Counted from the stretch's first letter, positions 1 through 9,904 are shown. The stretch: 38,031 nt of DNA from Gemmatimonadales bacterium (GCA_035576905.1 DATLWA010000036.1:1-38031); one strand, 5' to 3'. Made by a program: numbers and translations. Notes: generated by a model not told the origin, from the sequence alone.

Positions 1-1445
1 GCGTGCACGTCGTGCGCGCGCACCCGGTCGCGCAACGCCGACATGCGCGCCCGCCGCTCGTCCTCGGGCATGGTCAAGGCGCGGTGCAGGGCGCCCGCCA
101 CGGCGTCGAGGTCGAAGGGATTCACCACCAGGGCCTCCTGCAGCTCCACGGCCGCTCCCGCGAGCTCGGAGAGGACCAGCACGCCGTCGCCCTCGCGGTG
201 CGCCGCCACGTACTCCTTGGCGACCAGGTTCATGCCGTCGCGCAACGGCGTGACCAGGGCGATGTCGGCCGAGCGGTACAGTGGCACCAGCTCTTCCGGC
301 GGCAAGGCGCGCACGAAGTAGCGGATGGGGCTCCAGCCGTGGTCGGAGTACCGGCCGTTGATGCGCCCCACCGTCTCGTCGATTTCGCGCTTCAGCTCGC
401 TGTAATCCGCCACGCGCTCGCGGCTCGGGACCAGGACCTGCGTGAAGCGGATGCGATGGCGGAACTCGGGGTGCCGATCGAGCAGGCGCTCCACCGCCAG
501 CAACCGCTCGGCGATGCCCTTGGTGTAGTCCAGGCGATCGACGCCCATGATTTCGGTGGGCCGGCCCGGCAGCGCCGGCTCCGCCGGACGCGCGGCGAGC
601 CGCTCGATCTGGCCGGCGTCGATGTTGATCGGGTGGACCTCCACCCGGACAGCGCGGCCCTCGAATCGCGCCACGCCCGCCACGCGGTCGACGTCACACC
701 CCAGCAGCTGCTCCGCGCAGGTGAGAAAGTGCTCGGCGTACGCCGGGATCTGGAATCCCACCAGGTCCGCGGCCAGCATGCCGCGCATCAGCTCGCGCGA
801 CCAGGGCAACACGCGGAACACGTCCGCGGCGGGGAAGGGGATATGCAGGAAGAAGCCGATGACGTTGTCGCGCGACAAGCGGCGCAGATGATGCGGCACG
901 CGCAGCAGCTGGTAATCGTGGATCCACAGGAGCGCGCCCGGCGGACTCGCCTCGGCCGCCGCCCGCGCAAAGCGCTCGTTCACGCGATCGTAGGCCCGCC
1001 ACAACGGGGCATCGATGCGCGCGCGGCTCACGAAGTAATGAAAGAGGGGCCACAGTGTGCCGTTGGAGAACCCGGAGTAGTACGCCGTCACCTCGCGCGC
1101 CGACAGCGGCACGTCGAGATAGCGCACACCCGCGGGGCCCTCGGGAAGCTGCGGTGGCGGGGCGCCGGCGTCGCGCGCCAGGCCGTCCCATCCGATCCAC
1201 AGGCCGCCGCGCTCGGCCAACGCCGGCTCCAGCGCCGACACCAGGCCGCCGGGCGCACGCGTCACCCGCGCCCCTTCGGTCCGGGGGGCGATGGCGAACG
1301 GCAGACGGTTGCTGACGACGACGAGCGGACGTGGGCGTGCGGGGGTGGGGCTGCTGGCGTCGCGGGCGGCGCCCGCTGCCGATCGTCCGTTGCCGGTCTG
1401 CTCCCGAGGCTCGCCGCTGACGGCGGAACTCCGGATCGGACACAT
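1..1445 (-). CDS. otsA: alpha,alpha-trehalose-phosphate synthase (GT20), 3' end cut by the window edge
   Basis: This minus-strand frame is absent from the supplied track because its stop lies left of base 1. My translation reads [53 protein letters not shown] and [16 protein letters not shown], all GT20/OtsA hallmarks. The only in-frame start is ATG 1445-1443, just downstream of an in-frame TAG (1457-1455). Confidence 0.9.
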   Translation of the reverse strand, partial: MCPIRSSAVSGEPREQTGNGRSAAGAARDASSPTPARPRPLVVVSNRLPFAIAPRTEGARVTRAPGGLVSALEPALAERGGLWIGWDGLARDAGAPPPQLPEGPAGVRYLDVPLSAREVTAYYSGFSNGTLWPLFHYFVSRARIDAPLWRAYDRVNERFARAAAEASPPGALLWIHDYQLLRVPHHLRRLSRDNVIGFFLHIPFPAADVFRVLPWSRELMRGMLAADLVGFQIPAYAEHFLTCAEQLLGCDVDRVAGVARFEGRAVRVEVHPINIDAGQIERLAARPAEPALPGRPTEIMGVDRLDYTKGIAERLLAVERLLDRHPEFRHRIRFTQVLVPSRERVADYSELKREIDETVGRINGRYSDHGWSPIRYFVRALPPEELVPLYRSADIALVTPLRDGMNLVAKEYVAAHREGDGVLVLSELAGAAVELQEALVVNPFDLDAVAGALHRALTMPEDERRARMSALRDRVRAHDVH

Positions 1446-1486
1446 CCTGGCCTGCTACCCCCCACGCCGCTGGGCGGTTCCTGGTG

Positions 1487-1514
1487 TTGACAGGCCAACA
1501 GGGGCGCGGAGATT
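1487..1514 (+). promoter_or_regulatory. possible sigma70-type promoter for the TPR gene, in the divergent otsA/TPR spacer
   Basis: Perfect TTGACA at 1487-1492, a 16-nt spacer, then a weak -10-like GAGATT at 1509-1514. AGGAGG (1522-1527) and ATG 1534 follow. Pattern match only. Confidence 0.25.
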
Positions 1515-1533
1515 ACGCGGCAGGAGGAAGCCC

Positions 1534-3156
1534 ATGCCAACCGTCCGTCTCTGGATATCGGGCCTCGCCGCACTGGCCGTACCCCCGCTCGCCGCACAGA
1601 GTGCGTGGGTCGGTCCTCAGCCGCCGTGCGACGTCAAAGCGAGCTCGCACTTCCAAGTCTCCACCGCGTCACTGAATCTCAAGATTGCGGCGGAGAATCC
1701 GACGCAGCGCGATCGCATGCTGAAGCAGACGGTGGACGTGCTCACCCGCGCGATCGTGCAGAACAAACAGGACAAGAATCCCGCGGCGTGGTACTACTTC
1801 GGCCGCTACTACACGGAAATGGGCGACGCGGTGGGTGCCGACTCGACCTTCCGGAAGGTCGAAGCGCTCGCGCCGCAGTGCGCCGCCGACATCGCTACCT
1901 ATCGACACCGCGTCTGGACCGCCGTACTGAACGACGGCCTGCGCGCCTGGCAGGAGAACAAGGCCGACAGCGCCGCGATTCTGCTGCGCCTCGCCCTGCG
2001 CGTCCTCCCCGACAACCCCGACGCCTACTTCCGTCTGGGCGACCTCTATGCCGGCGAGAACCAGGTCGATTCCGCGGCGGTCTACGTGCGCCAAGGCGTG
2101 GAGCGCGCGGGCCGCGACACGGCCTGGGCCGCGCGCCGGCGCGATGGCCTGGCCACGCTCGCCCGCCTGTATGAGGCGAAGGCCGAGCAGGATCCCGCCG
2201 TTCAGGCCTGGGAGCGCACCCGCACCGCGCGCGATTCCATCAACCGCGCCGTGGCCGCTGATTCGGGCGTATTGGCGCGGGTGCTGGCCTCCGCCGCGTC
2301 GCGGCGGGCGCGGGGCGCCCGGCTGGCGCCTGCCGATCAGGCGTCATTCAGCCGCGATTCCGCAGCCCGCGCCCAGGCAGTCGAGGGAGGGCGCGCCGGC
2401 CGTGCGACCCTGGGGCCGCGCGTAGCGGCGGACAGTGCGGCGGTGCAGGGCGCGTTCGCTCCTGCGATCGCCGCCTACCGCGATCTCGTCTCCGCCTATC
2501 CGCAATCCATCGATGCGGCCGGCGGCTTGGCGAACATCTACGCGGAGAGCGGCCGCAAGGCCGAAGCGGCGGGGTTCTTCGACTCCCTCTACGCGAACGC
2601 GGCCGTGTCGCCGCTGGTCATGATCGAGGCCGGGCGGCGCATGCTCGCCAGCGGCCTGGTGGTTGCGGCGACGCGCACGCTCAGTCGCGGCGTGGACCAA
2701 GCGCCCAGCGTGCGTGATGCGTGGTACGACCTCGCCGTGGGTTATTACATGCTGGGCGACTCGGCGCGCACGCTGCCCGCGGCGCAACACCTGGTGGCGC
2801 TGGACCCCATGAACCGCAGCTCCCTGCGCTTGCTGCGCGCCGGCTGGGAGCTGAAGGGCCGCCGCGACTCGGTCGCCAAGTACAGCGCCCTGGCCGACAC
2901 CGGGCTGGGCGTCGAGGTGACGGTCACGACCTTCGTGCCCGACTCGGCCGGCGCCGCGCTGAGCCTCACCGCCGCGAACCTCCGCACCACCCCCTCCAAG
3001 CCCCTGCGCCTGCAGGTGGAGTTTCTGGACGCCAAGGGCGCTGTCGTGAGCGCCCAAAGCGCCGAGATTCCCGCCCTCCCGCCGGGCCAAAGTCAGCAGT
3101 CGCAGCTTCATGCGGCGGCGAAGGGCGTTGTCGGCTGGCGTTATCGCGCCCTCTAA
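1534..3156 (+). CDS. secreted TPR-repeat protein (function unknown)
   Basis: Track ORF 1291..3156 trimmed to ATG 1534 (codon 82), which follows AGGAGG with 6-nt spacing. The N-terminus MPTVRLWISGLAALAVPPLAAQSA looks like a signal peptide. The body is Ala/Leu-rich with TPR-like helical repeats (YYFGRYYTEMGD, AYFRLGDLYAG, YDLAVGYYMLGD). GC3 is high in this frame. Confidence 0.75.
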   Translation: MPTVRLWISGLAALAVPPLAAQSAWVGPQPPCDVKASSHFQVSTASLNLKIAAENPTQRDRMLKQTVDVLTRAIVQNKQDKNPAAWYYFGRYYTEMGDAVGADSTFRKVEALAPQCAADIATYRHRVWTAVLNDGLRAWQENKADSAAILLRLALRVLPDNPDAYFRLGDLYAGENQVDSAAVYVRQGVERAGRDTAWAARRRDGLATLARLYEAKAEQDPAVQAWERTRTARDSINRAVAADSGVLARVLASAASRRARGARLAPADQASFSRDSAARAQAVEGGRAGRATLGPRVAADSAAVQGAFAPAIAAYRDLVSAYPQSIDAAGGLANIYAESGRKAEAAGFFDSLYANAAVSPLVMIEAGRRMLASGLVVAATRTLSRGVDQAPSVRDAWYDLAVGYYMLGDSARTLPAAQHLVALDPMNRSSLRLLRAGWELKGRRDSVAKYSALADTGLGVEVTVTTFVPDSAGAALSLTAANLRTTPSKPLRLQVEFLDAKGAVVSAQSAEIPALPPGQSQQSQLHAAAKGVVGWRYRAL

Positions 3157-3243
3157 GCGATATTAGGTCCTTCGGAAGTTAGGGCGGCAGTTGCAGTTGC
3201 GACCTCCGCCTTCAGAAACTCCTTGAACCACTAGGCGGCGGTA

Positions 3244-4524
3244 GTGATTCGCGTGCAAGCGGTTGCGCCCGGGACGTTGGGCGCCGAATTGGGGCTCAGC
3301 CCTGGAACGGAGCTGCTCGCGGTCGACGGGCGGCCGCTGGAGGACTTCCTGGACTGGGAGTTCCTCACGGCCGAGGAGCAGTTCGTGCTGCACGCGCGCC
3401 TGCCGGGCGGCGAAGACGTGGAGTACGACATCGAACGGCCGGAGGGCCTGCCGATGGGCGTCACGCTCGAGCCGCCGCGGATTCGCCGCTGCGCCAACCA
3501 CTGCGACTTCTGCTTCGTGGACGGCAATCCGGCGGGGGCGCGGGAGGCCTTATGGATTCGCGACGACGATTACCGGCTGTCGTTCCGGTACGGCAACTTT
3601 GCGACGCTCACGAATCTCAAGCCGTGGGATATCGAGCGCATCGTGGAGTACCATCTGTCGCCGTTGTATGTGTCGGTGCACGCCACCGATCCGGTCGTGC
3701 GCCGCTGGATCCTGCGCAACCCCGAGGCACCTGAAGTGGTGCCGCAGCTGCGCGATCTGGCGGGGCGGGGCATCGATTTTCACGCCCAGGTGGTTCTCGT
3801 TCCGGAAGTGAACGACGGCGTGCAGCTCGAGCGCACACTGGGGGACCTCTGGAGCCTGGGCGACCCGATTCTCTCGGTTTCGGTCGTGCCGGTGGCACTC
3901 ACGGAGTTCAGCAAGCGCCATCTGGTGCGCGAGCTGACCCGCGACGAGTGCCGGGCGGGGCTCGCCACGGTCGATCGCTACGCCACGCGCGCGATGGCTG
4001 AGCGCGGCGTGCCGTGGTGCTACGGCGCGGACGAGCTGTACCTGCGCGCCGGCGAGACGCTGCCGGGGGCAGAGTGGTACGGCGACTTCGAGCAGCGCGA
4101 GAACGGTGTGGGCGCCGTGCGCTACTTGCAGGGCCGCATCGCCGCCGCACGGGGCCGCTATCCCGATCTCGCGGGCAAGCGCATTGCGGTGGTCACGGGG
4201 ACCGCGATGGGTGGCCTCATGGAGCACGTGCTGCAGCCGCTGACGGCCGAGACGGGCGCGCGCTTCGAGATCCTGGCGCTCGAGAACTCGTTGTACGGTT
4301 CGTCGGTGACGACGGCGGGCCTGCTGCCGGGCCGCGCGATTCAGGACGCGCTGCGGGGGCGCCGCGACCTCGATCTCGCGCTGCTGCCCGCCGAATCCGT
4401 CAACGACGATCTGCTGTTCATGGACGACCTGGAAGCGCACGCGCTGGCGGCCGGGCTGCCGATGCCCGTGAAGTTGTCCTACGATTTCGCCGACGCGCTG
4501 GTGGAAGAGGGCGTACCCGCGTGA
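3244..4524 (+). CDS. DUF512-type PDZ plus radical-SAM-like protein
   Basis: N-terminal PDZ-like segment (VAPGTLGAELGLSPGTELLAVDGRPL). CANHCDFC, a CX3CX2C cluster motif, lies at 3490-3513. Further motifs are YRLSFRYGNFATLTNL and LYVSVHATDP. Its stop overlaps the der start (GTGA), matching the known DUF512-der synteny. Confidence 0.8.
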   Translation: MIRVQAVAPGTLGAELGLSPGTELLAVDGRPLEDFLDWEFLTAEEQFVLHARLPGGEDVEYDIERPEGLPMGVTLEPPRIRRCANHCDFCFVDGNPAGAREALWIRDDDYRLSFRYGNFATLTNLKPWDIERIVEYHLSPLYVSVHATDPVVRRWILRNPEAPEVVPQLRDLAGRGIDFHAQVVLVPEVNDGVQLERTLGDLWSLGDPILSVSVVPVALTEFSKRHLVRELTRDECRAGLATVDRYATRAMAERGVPWCYGADELYLRAGETLPGAEWYGDFEQRENGVGAVRYLQGRIAAARGRYPDLAGKRIAVVTGTAMGGLMEHVLQPLTAETGARFEILALENSLYGSSVTTAGLLPGRAIQDALRGRRDLDLALLPAESVNDDLLFMDDLEAHALAAGLPMPVKLSYDFADALVEEGVPA

Positions 4525-5846
4525 AGACGCCTACCGTCGCGATCATCGGACGCCCCAACGTCGGGAAGTCGACGCTCTTCAACCGGCTGATCGGCCGGAA
4601 GGAGGCGATCGTGGACGGCCGTCCCGGCGTGACGCGCGACCGCAACTTCGCCGCGGCCGACTGGAACGGCCGGCGCTTCTGGATGGTCGACACCGGCGGC
4701 CTGATCCCCGAAGCCACCGACGCGCTGAACCGCGCCGTGCGCTCGCAGGTGGAGCAGGCGGTGGCCGCGAGCGACGTGGTCGTATTCCTCGTCGACGTCG
4801 CGGCGGGTGTGCATCCCGCGGATCTCGAAATCGCGCAGTATCTCCGCAAGTCACAGCGGACCACGCTGCTCGTCGCCAACAAGGCCGACCAGCTGCCCAA
4901 CGACACACGCCATCTCGCGTTCTACGAGCTGGGGCTGGGTGATCCGTTTCCCATCTCCGCCGCGGTGGGGAAGAGCTCCGGCGACCTGCTCGACCGCATC
5001 GTGGCGGAGCTGCCGCCGGCCGACGACGAGCCGGACTTCGACGCCATCCACGTGGCGGTGGTTGGCCGGCCCAACGTGGGCAAGTCGTCGCTCGTGAACC
5101 AGCTGGTGGGCGAGGATCGCCTGGTCGTGGCATCCGAGCCGGGCACCACGCGCGACGCGATCGACACGCCGCTCGTGCACGGCGATCACACGCTCGTGTT
5201 CATCGACACCGCCGGCTTGCGCAAGCGCAGCAAGGTGCAGGACGACATCGAGTTCTACTCGACGTTGCGCACCGCGCGCGCCATGGAGCGCGCCGACGTG
5301 TGCGTGCTCGTCGTGGACGCGACCGACGGCTTACACGCGCAGGATCTGAAGATCGCCAACGACGCGTGGGACCGCGGCGCCGGCGTGATCATCGCCGTGA
5401 ACAAGTGGGACCTGATCGACGAGAAGGAGACCAACACGGCGGTGCGCGGCGAAAAGGAGCTGAAAGCCGGCGCGCCGTTCCTCGAATTCATCCCGTTCCT
5501 GTACGTGTCCGCCAAGACCGGCCAGCGCGTGGCGCGGCTGCTGGACCTGATCGTCGCGGTGGCGGCCGAACGCGAGAAACGCGTGCCGACCGCCGAGGTG
5601 AATCGGGTGCTCGAGGATTTGTTGAACCGCCAGCAGCCGCCGCAGCCGGTGGGCGAGCCGGTGCGTGTGTTCTACGCGTCCCAGATCGGTACCGCGCCGC
5701 CCAAGTTCGCGCTGATCGCGAACCGCCCCGAGGCTATCCCTGAGTCCTATGTGCGCTACCTGGTCAACGGGTTCCGCGCGGCGTGGGAATTCACGGGCGC
5801 TCCGGTCAACGTCAAGCTGCGGCGCAAGCGCAAGGAGCGGCGGTGA
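4521..5846 (+). CDS. der: ribosome-associated GTPase Der/EngA
   Basis: Track ORF 4014..5846 trimmed to GTG 4521 (codon 170). Two tandem GTPase domains are present: GRPNVGKSTLFN/DTGG/NKAD and GRPNVGKSSLVN/DTAG/NKWD. A KH-like C-terminus follows. Confidence 0.95.
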   Translation: MKTPTVAIIGRPNVGKSTLFNRLIGRKEAIVDGRPGVTRDRNFAAADWNGRRFWMVDTGGLIPEATDALNRAVRSQVEQAVAASDVVVFLVDVAAGVHPADLEIAQYLRKSQRTTLLVANKADQLPNDTRHLAFYELGLGDPFPISAAVGKSSGDLLDRIVAELPPADDEPDFDAIHVAVVGRPNVGKSSLVNQLVGEDRLVVASEPGTTRDAIDTPLVHGDHTLVFIDTAGLRKRSKVQDDIEFYSTLRTARAMERADVCVLVVDATDGLHAQDLKIANDAWDRGAGVIIAVNKWDLIDEKETNTAVRGEKELKAGAPFLEFIPFLYVSAKTGQRVARLLDLIVAVAAEREKRVPTAEVNRVLEDLLNRQQPPQPVGEPVRVFYASQIGTAPPKFALIANRPEAIPESYVRYLVNGFRAAWEFTGAPVNVKLRRKRKERR

Positions 5847-6451
5847 GCACCGCGCTGTGGCTCCTGGCGGCCTACGTGGTAGGCGCCACGCCCACGAGCT
5901 ACATCGCGGGGCGGCTGGCGCGGGGCATCGATTTGCGCGAACACGGGTCCAAGAATCTCGGCGCCACCAACGTCTACCGCTTGCTGGGCTGGAAATACGC
6001 CATTCCCGTGGGCGTGATCGACGTGGCCAAGGGCGCCGTCCCGGTGATCTTGTTCGGGCGCTGGGCGGGAGGCCCGGAGTGGCTACCGCTGGCGCTCGGC
6101 GTGGCGGCGGTGTTGGGGCACATGTTCTCCCCCTACGTGCGCTTTCGCGGCGGCAAGGGCGTGGCGACGGCGGCCGGAGTCTTTCTCGCCCTCGCGCCGC
6201 TGCCGCTGCTCGCAGCCGTTCCGGTGTGGGGCGTGTCCCTGTGGATCACGGGGTATGTGTCGCTCAGCTCGATCATCGCCGTCGCGAGCTTCCCGGTGTG
6301 GGTGCGAGTGTTCGAGCCGGCGCAGATCTATGCATTCTGGGCGAGCGTGGCCCTCGCCGCGTTGATCGTGTTCGCGCATCGCGGCAACATCCGGCGTCTG
6401 CTCGCCGGCACGGAGACGCGGTTCGGCACGCGCTGGGGATCGGCGGCATGA
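5843..6451 (+). CDS. plsY: glycerol-3-phosphate acyltransferase PlsY
   Basis: Trimmed to GTG 5843, which overlaps the der stop (GTGA). Motifs HGSKNLGATNVYR, RGGKGVATAAG and HRGNIRRLL, plus multiple TM segments. Confidence 0.9.
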   Translation: MSTALWLLAAYVVGATPTSYIAGRLARGIDLREHGSKNLGATNVYRLLGWKYAIPVGVIDVAKGAVPVILFGRWAGGPEWLPLALGVAAVLGHMFSPYVRFRGGKGVATAAGVFLALAPLPLLAAVPVWGVSLWITGYVSLSSIIAVASFPVWVRVFEPAQIYAFWASVALAALIVFAHRGNIRRLLAGTETRFGTRWGSAA

Positions 6452-7449
6452 CCCGCGTCGCGGTGATCGGCGGCGGGGCGTGGGGCACCACGCTGGCGGA
6501 CCTGCTGGCGCACAAGGGTATGGCCACGACGCTGTGGGCGCGTGAGGCCAAGGTGGTGGAGGGCATCAATCGTCGCCACATCAACACCATGTTCCTGCCG
6601 CGCTGCAAGCTGGCCGCGGAGCTGCGGGCCACGGGCGACCTGCGCACGGCGGTGCGCGACGCCGAAGTGGTGGTCTCGGCCGCGCCGTCGCACGCCGTGC
6701 GCGCGGTGATGGCCGAGGCCGGCAAGGCGATGATGAGCCACGCGCTGGTGATCAGCGTGTCGAAAGGGCTCGAGCCCGAGCGCCTGGCGACGATGCACGA
6801 GGTGTTGAGCGAGGCGCTCGAGTCGGGGACGCCGATCGCGGTGGTGTCGGGGCCGTCGTTCGCGCAGGAGGTGTTCAAGCGCCAGCCGACGGCGGTCGTG
6901 GCCGCGGCCGAGACCGAGGAGATCGCGCGCGAAGCGCAGCAGGTGTTCTCGACGCCGCAGTTCCGCGTCTACTCCTCGACCGACGTCATCGGCGTGGAGC
7001 TGGGGGGCGCGCTGAAGAACGTCATCGCCTTGGCGGCCGGCATTCTCGAGGGGCTGGGGCTCGGCTACAACACGCGCGCCGCGCTGATCACCCGCGGGCT
7101 CGCGGAGATCACGCGGCTCGGCGTGGCCTGCGGCGCCAGCCCGCTGACGTTCGCGGGGCTCGCCGGCATGGGAGACCTGATCCTCACCGCCACGGGCCCG
7201 TTGTCCCGCAATCGTGCGCTGGGGGAAGCGATCGGCCGCGGCCAGTCGCTCGCCGCCGCCCTCAAGGGCAAGAAGACGGTGGCGGAGGGTGTCGAGACCG
7301 CGCGCGCCGCCGTGGCGCTGGGTGAGAAGCACGACGTCGAGCTGCCGATCGCGCGCGAAGTGAGCGCCGTACTGTTCGCGGGCAAGCCGCCGCGCCAGGC
7401 GGTGGCCGACCTGATGGAGCGAGACCTCAAAGCGGAGCAGTGGCGATGA
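6448..7449 (+). CDS. gpsA: NAD(P)H-dependent glycerol-3-phosphate dehydrogenase
   Basis: Track ORF 5749..7449 trimmed to ATG 6448 (codon 234), an ATGA overlap with the plsY stop. Motifs VIGGGAWGTTLA, SVSKGLE, GALKNVIALAAG and LSRNRALG. Confidence 0.95.
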   Translation: MTRVAVIGGGAWGTTLADLLAHKGMATTLWAREAKVVEGINRRHINTMFLPRCKLAAELRATGDLRTAVRDAEVVVSAAPSHAVRAVMAEAGKAMMSHALVISVSKGLEPERLATMHEVLSEALESGTPIAVVSGPSFAQEVFKRQPTAVVAAAETEEIAREAQQVFSTPQFRVYSSTDVIGVELGGALKNVIALAAGILEGLGLGYNTRAALITRGLAEITRLGVACGASPLTFAGLAGMGDLILTATGPLSRNRALGEAIGRGQSLAAALKGKKTVAEGVETARAAVALGEKHDVELPIAREVSAVLFAGKPPRQAVADLMERDLKAEQWR

Positions 7450-7823
7450 GCTCCCCGCATCCGGTCCAGGAGTTCTTCTCGATCGGCGAGGTCTGCCAGC
7501 TCACGGACCTGAAGCCGCACGTGCTGCGCTACTGGGAGAGCCAGTTCCGCTTCTTGAGTCCCGCCAAGAACCGATCCGGCAACCGCGTATACCAGCGGCG
7601 TGAGATCGAGCTGATCATGCTGGTGAAGCACCTGCTGTACACCGAGAAGTACACCATCGACGGCGCGCGGCAGAAGATCGAACAGTACCGCCGCTCGGGC
7701 GAGCTCAAGCCCGAGGCGCGGCGCGCGCTCGCCACCGAGACCGTGAACGACCTGCGCAACGAGCTGCAGGCGATTCTGTCGCTCCTCGAGGGGGAGACTC
7801 CGCCCGATGCCGGCGCGCGCTGA
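7446..7823 (+). CDS. small MerR-family DNA-binding protein (no obvious effector domain)
   Basis: The HTH segment FSIGEVCQLTDLKPHVLRYWESQF...SGNRVYQRREIELI is typical of the MerR N-terminal domain. ATG 7446 overlaps the gpsA stop (ATGA). Confidence 0.8.
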   Translation: MSSPHPVQEFFSIGEVCQLTDLKPHVLRYWESQFRFLSPAKNRSGNRVYQRREIELIMLVKHLLYTEKYTIDGARQKIEQYRRSGELKPEARRALATETVNDLRNELQAILSLLEGETPPDAGAR

Positions 7824-8508
7824 CGCGCGGCTCGCGGTGATTATCCCGGCCTACGAGGCCGCGGCGACGGTAGCGGGAGTGGTGACGGCAGCGCGCGCTG
7901 CCGTGCCGGACGCGCCGATCTACGTCGTGGACGACGGCTCGCACGACGCCACCGGCGTTCTGGCGGCCGGAGCGGGGGCCACGGTCCTGCGACACACCCA
8001 CAATCGCGGCAAGGGGGCTGCGCTCGCCACCGGCATTGCGCGCGCGCTCGCCGACCACGCGGACGTCCTCGTGACGCTCGACGCCGACGGGCAGCACCCC
8101 GCCGCCGAGATCCCACGGGTCGCCGCTCCCGTGGTCGCGGGCACGGCGGACCTCGTGCTGGGCGCCCGCGCGCGGGCCGGGGCCATGCCCCTGTCGCGCC
8201 GGCTCACCAATTGGCTGTCCGCGGCGCTGGCGTCGCGCATCGGTGGGGCGGCCGTGGTGGACGCCCAGACGGGATTCCGCGCCGTCTCGAGGGCGTTAGC
8301 GGCTGCGGTGCGGCCTTCCCAGACCGGTTACGATTTCGAGACCGCGTTCCTGCTGGCCGCGCTGGCGGGGGGGTACCGGGTGCGAACCGCGCCCATCCCG
8401 ACTATTTACCAGGGCGCGCGCAGCCACTTCCGCCATTGGCGCGATGCCTGGCGGCAGGCGCGCGTCTTCGCCCGCTACGGGCGGCACATTCTGTTCGGAG
8501 CACGATGA
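7807..8508 (+). CDS. family 2 glycosyltransferase
   Basis: Motifs AVIIPAYEAA, YVVDDGSHDAT, NRGKGAAL and TLDADGQHP indicate a GT-A fold with a DxD-type signature. Its stop overlaps the surE start (ATGA). Confidence 0.8.
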   Translation: MPARADARLAVIIPAYEAAATVAGVVTAARAAVPDAPIYVVDDGSHDATGVLAAGAGATVLRHTHNRGKGAALATGIARALADHADVLVTLDADGQHPAAEIPRVAAPVVAGTADLVLGARARAGAMPLSRRLTNWLSAALASRIGGAAVVDAQTGFRAVSRALAAAVRPSQTGYDFETAFLLAALAGGYRVRTAPIPTIYQGARSHFRHWRDAWRQARVFARYGRHILFGAR

Positions 8509-9254
8509 ACATCCTGTTGTCCAACGACGACGGCATCCTCGCGCGCGGACTGGCCCTGCTGGCCGACGTGTGCGGGACGGTGGGGCAGGTGACCGTAGTG
8601 GCGCCGGACCGCGAGCAGAGCGGCACGTCGCACTCGCTCACGCTGCACCGGCCGCTGCGCGCCACGCGCCGGGCCGACGGCGCCTTCCAGGTGGACGGCA
8701 CGCCGTCGGACTGCGTCCTGCTGGCCCTCGGCGCGCTGATGCCGGTGAAGCCCGACTTCGTGTTCTCAGGGATCAATCACGGCCCCAACATGGGCGAGGA
8801 CGTGCTGTACTCGGGCACCGTCGCCGCCGCCATGGAAGGGCTCGCGGCCGGCATCCCCAGCGTCGCGGTGTCCTTTGGCAGCTTCGACCTCGAATACCTG
8901 GACAGCTACCGCGACCGCCTCAAGCGGTTGATCGAGGGCATCGTGCGCGTCAAGAACTTCCCCAAGGACACGCTCCTCAACGTGAATCTCCCGCCCATTG
9001 CGGGGAACGACGTGAAGGGCATTCGCGTGACGCACCTCGGCAGCCGCGTCTTCCACGAAGAAATCGCTCGCATGAAGGACCCGTGGGGGCGCGATATCTT
9101 CTGGATCGGCGGCGGGCACGTGACGTGGTCGGGCGGCGAGGAGTCCGACGTCCGCGCCACGCACGATGGCTACATTTCCGTCACCCCGCTGCACGTCGAC
9201 ATGACCAACTACGACCTGCTCGAAGCGGTGCGTTCGTGGAATCTCGGCGCCTGA
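8505..9254 (+). CDS. surE: 5'/3'-nucleotidase SurE
   Basis: Track ORF 8211..9254 trimmed to ATG 8505 (codon 99). Motifs MNILLSNDDGI and GINHGPNMGEDVLYSGTVAAAMEG. surE-pcm adjacency is as in E. coli. Confidence 0.95.
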   Translation: MNILLSNDDGILARGLALLADVCGTVGQVTVVAPDREQSGTSHSLTLHRPLRATRRADGAFQVDGTPSDCVLLALGALMPVKPDFVFSGINHGPNMGEDVLYSGTVAAAMEGLAAGIPSVAVSFGSFDLEYLDSYRDRLKRLIEGIVRVKNFPKDTLLNVNLPPIAGNDVKGIRVTHLGSRVFHEEIARMKDPWGRDIFWIGGGHVTWSGGEESDVRATHDGYISVTPLHVDMTNYDLLEAVRSWNLGA

Positions 9255-9904
9255 GCGGCGCCGCCGATACCTTCGGCGGCTATCGCGCTCGCTTGGTCGA
9301 GACATTGCGCGGGCTGGGCATCCAGAATCTGGCTGTCCTCAAGGCGTTCGCGGAGACCCCGCGGCATCTGTTCGTGCCCGAGGCCGTGCGCCACCGCGCC
9401 TACGAGGACTCCGCGCTGCCGATCGGGGCAGGGCAGACCATTTCCCGGCCCTACACGCAGGCGCGCTACCTCGAGGTCCTGCGCCTGACCGGGCGCGAAC
9501 GGGTGCTCGAAATCGGCACCGGCTCGGGCTATCAAACCGCGTTGCTCGGCGCCCTCGCCGACCAGGTGTTCACGATCGAGCGCGTGCGCCCGCTCGCCGA
9601 GGCGGCCCGCGAATCACTGCGGGCTGCCGGGGTGGGGAACGTGTCGATTCTGGTGGGAGACGGCACACTCGGCTGGAGCGCGTACGCGCCCTACGATGCG
9701 ATCCTGGTGGCCGCCGGGGGACCGCAGGTCCCGCCACCGCTGATCGAGCAGCTGGGGTTGGCCGGGCGCATGCTCATCCCCCTGGGCGAGCGCGGGGCCC
9801 AGGTGTTGACGCTGGTCGAGCGCGCCGCGGACGGCCTCCGCCAAACGCCCCTCGACGGCGCGCGGTTCGTCCCCCTGCTTGGAGAACACGGCTTCGATGC
9901 TTGA
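9236..9904 (+). CDS. pcm: protein-L-isoaspartate O-methyltransferase
   Basis: Motifs PRHLFVPE, ALPIGAGQTISRPY and VLEIGTGSGYQTALL (SAM motif I). The start is uncertain because no ATG is available. GTG 9236 gives 222 aa, which is the usual size. Confidence 0.85.
   Translation: MESRRLSGAADTFGGYRARLVETLRGLGIQNLAVLKAFAETPRHLFVPEAVRHRAYEDSALPIGAGQTISRPYTQARYLEVLRLTGRERVLEIGTGSGYQTALLGALADQVFTIERVRPLAEAARESLRAAGVGNVSILVGDGTLGWSAYAPYDAILVAAGGPQVPPPLIEQLGLAGRMLIPLGERGAQVLTLVERAADGLRQTPLDGARFVPLLGEHGFDA

Noticed and set aside
3-1490. 495-aa plus-strand ORF, the longest track ORF at the left edge
   Set aside because: It is Arg/Ala/Gly/His-rich with no recognisable motif. It lies exactly antisense to a frame that reads as a textbook OtsA ([26 protein letters not shown]). 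It is a shadow ORF of the kind typical in high-GC DNA.
3157-3243. Possible terminator or RNA element between the TPR gene and the DUF512 gene. It has an AGGGCGG/CCGCCTT stem with an 18-nt loop containing the tandem GCAGTT GCAGTT.
   Set aside because: The stem is short, the loop is large, and no T-tract follows. The hexamer duplication is too small to interpret, and no known RNA motif is recognisable.
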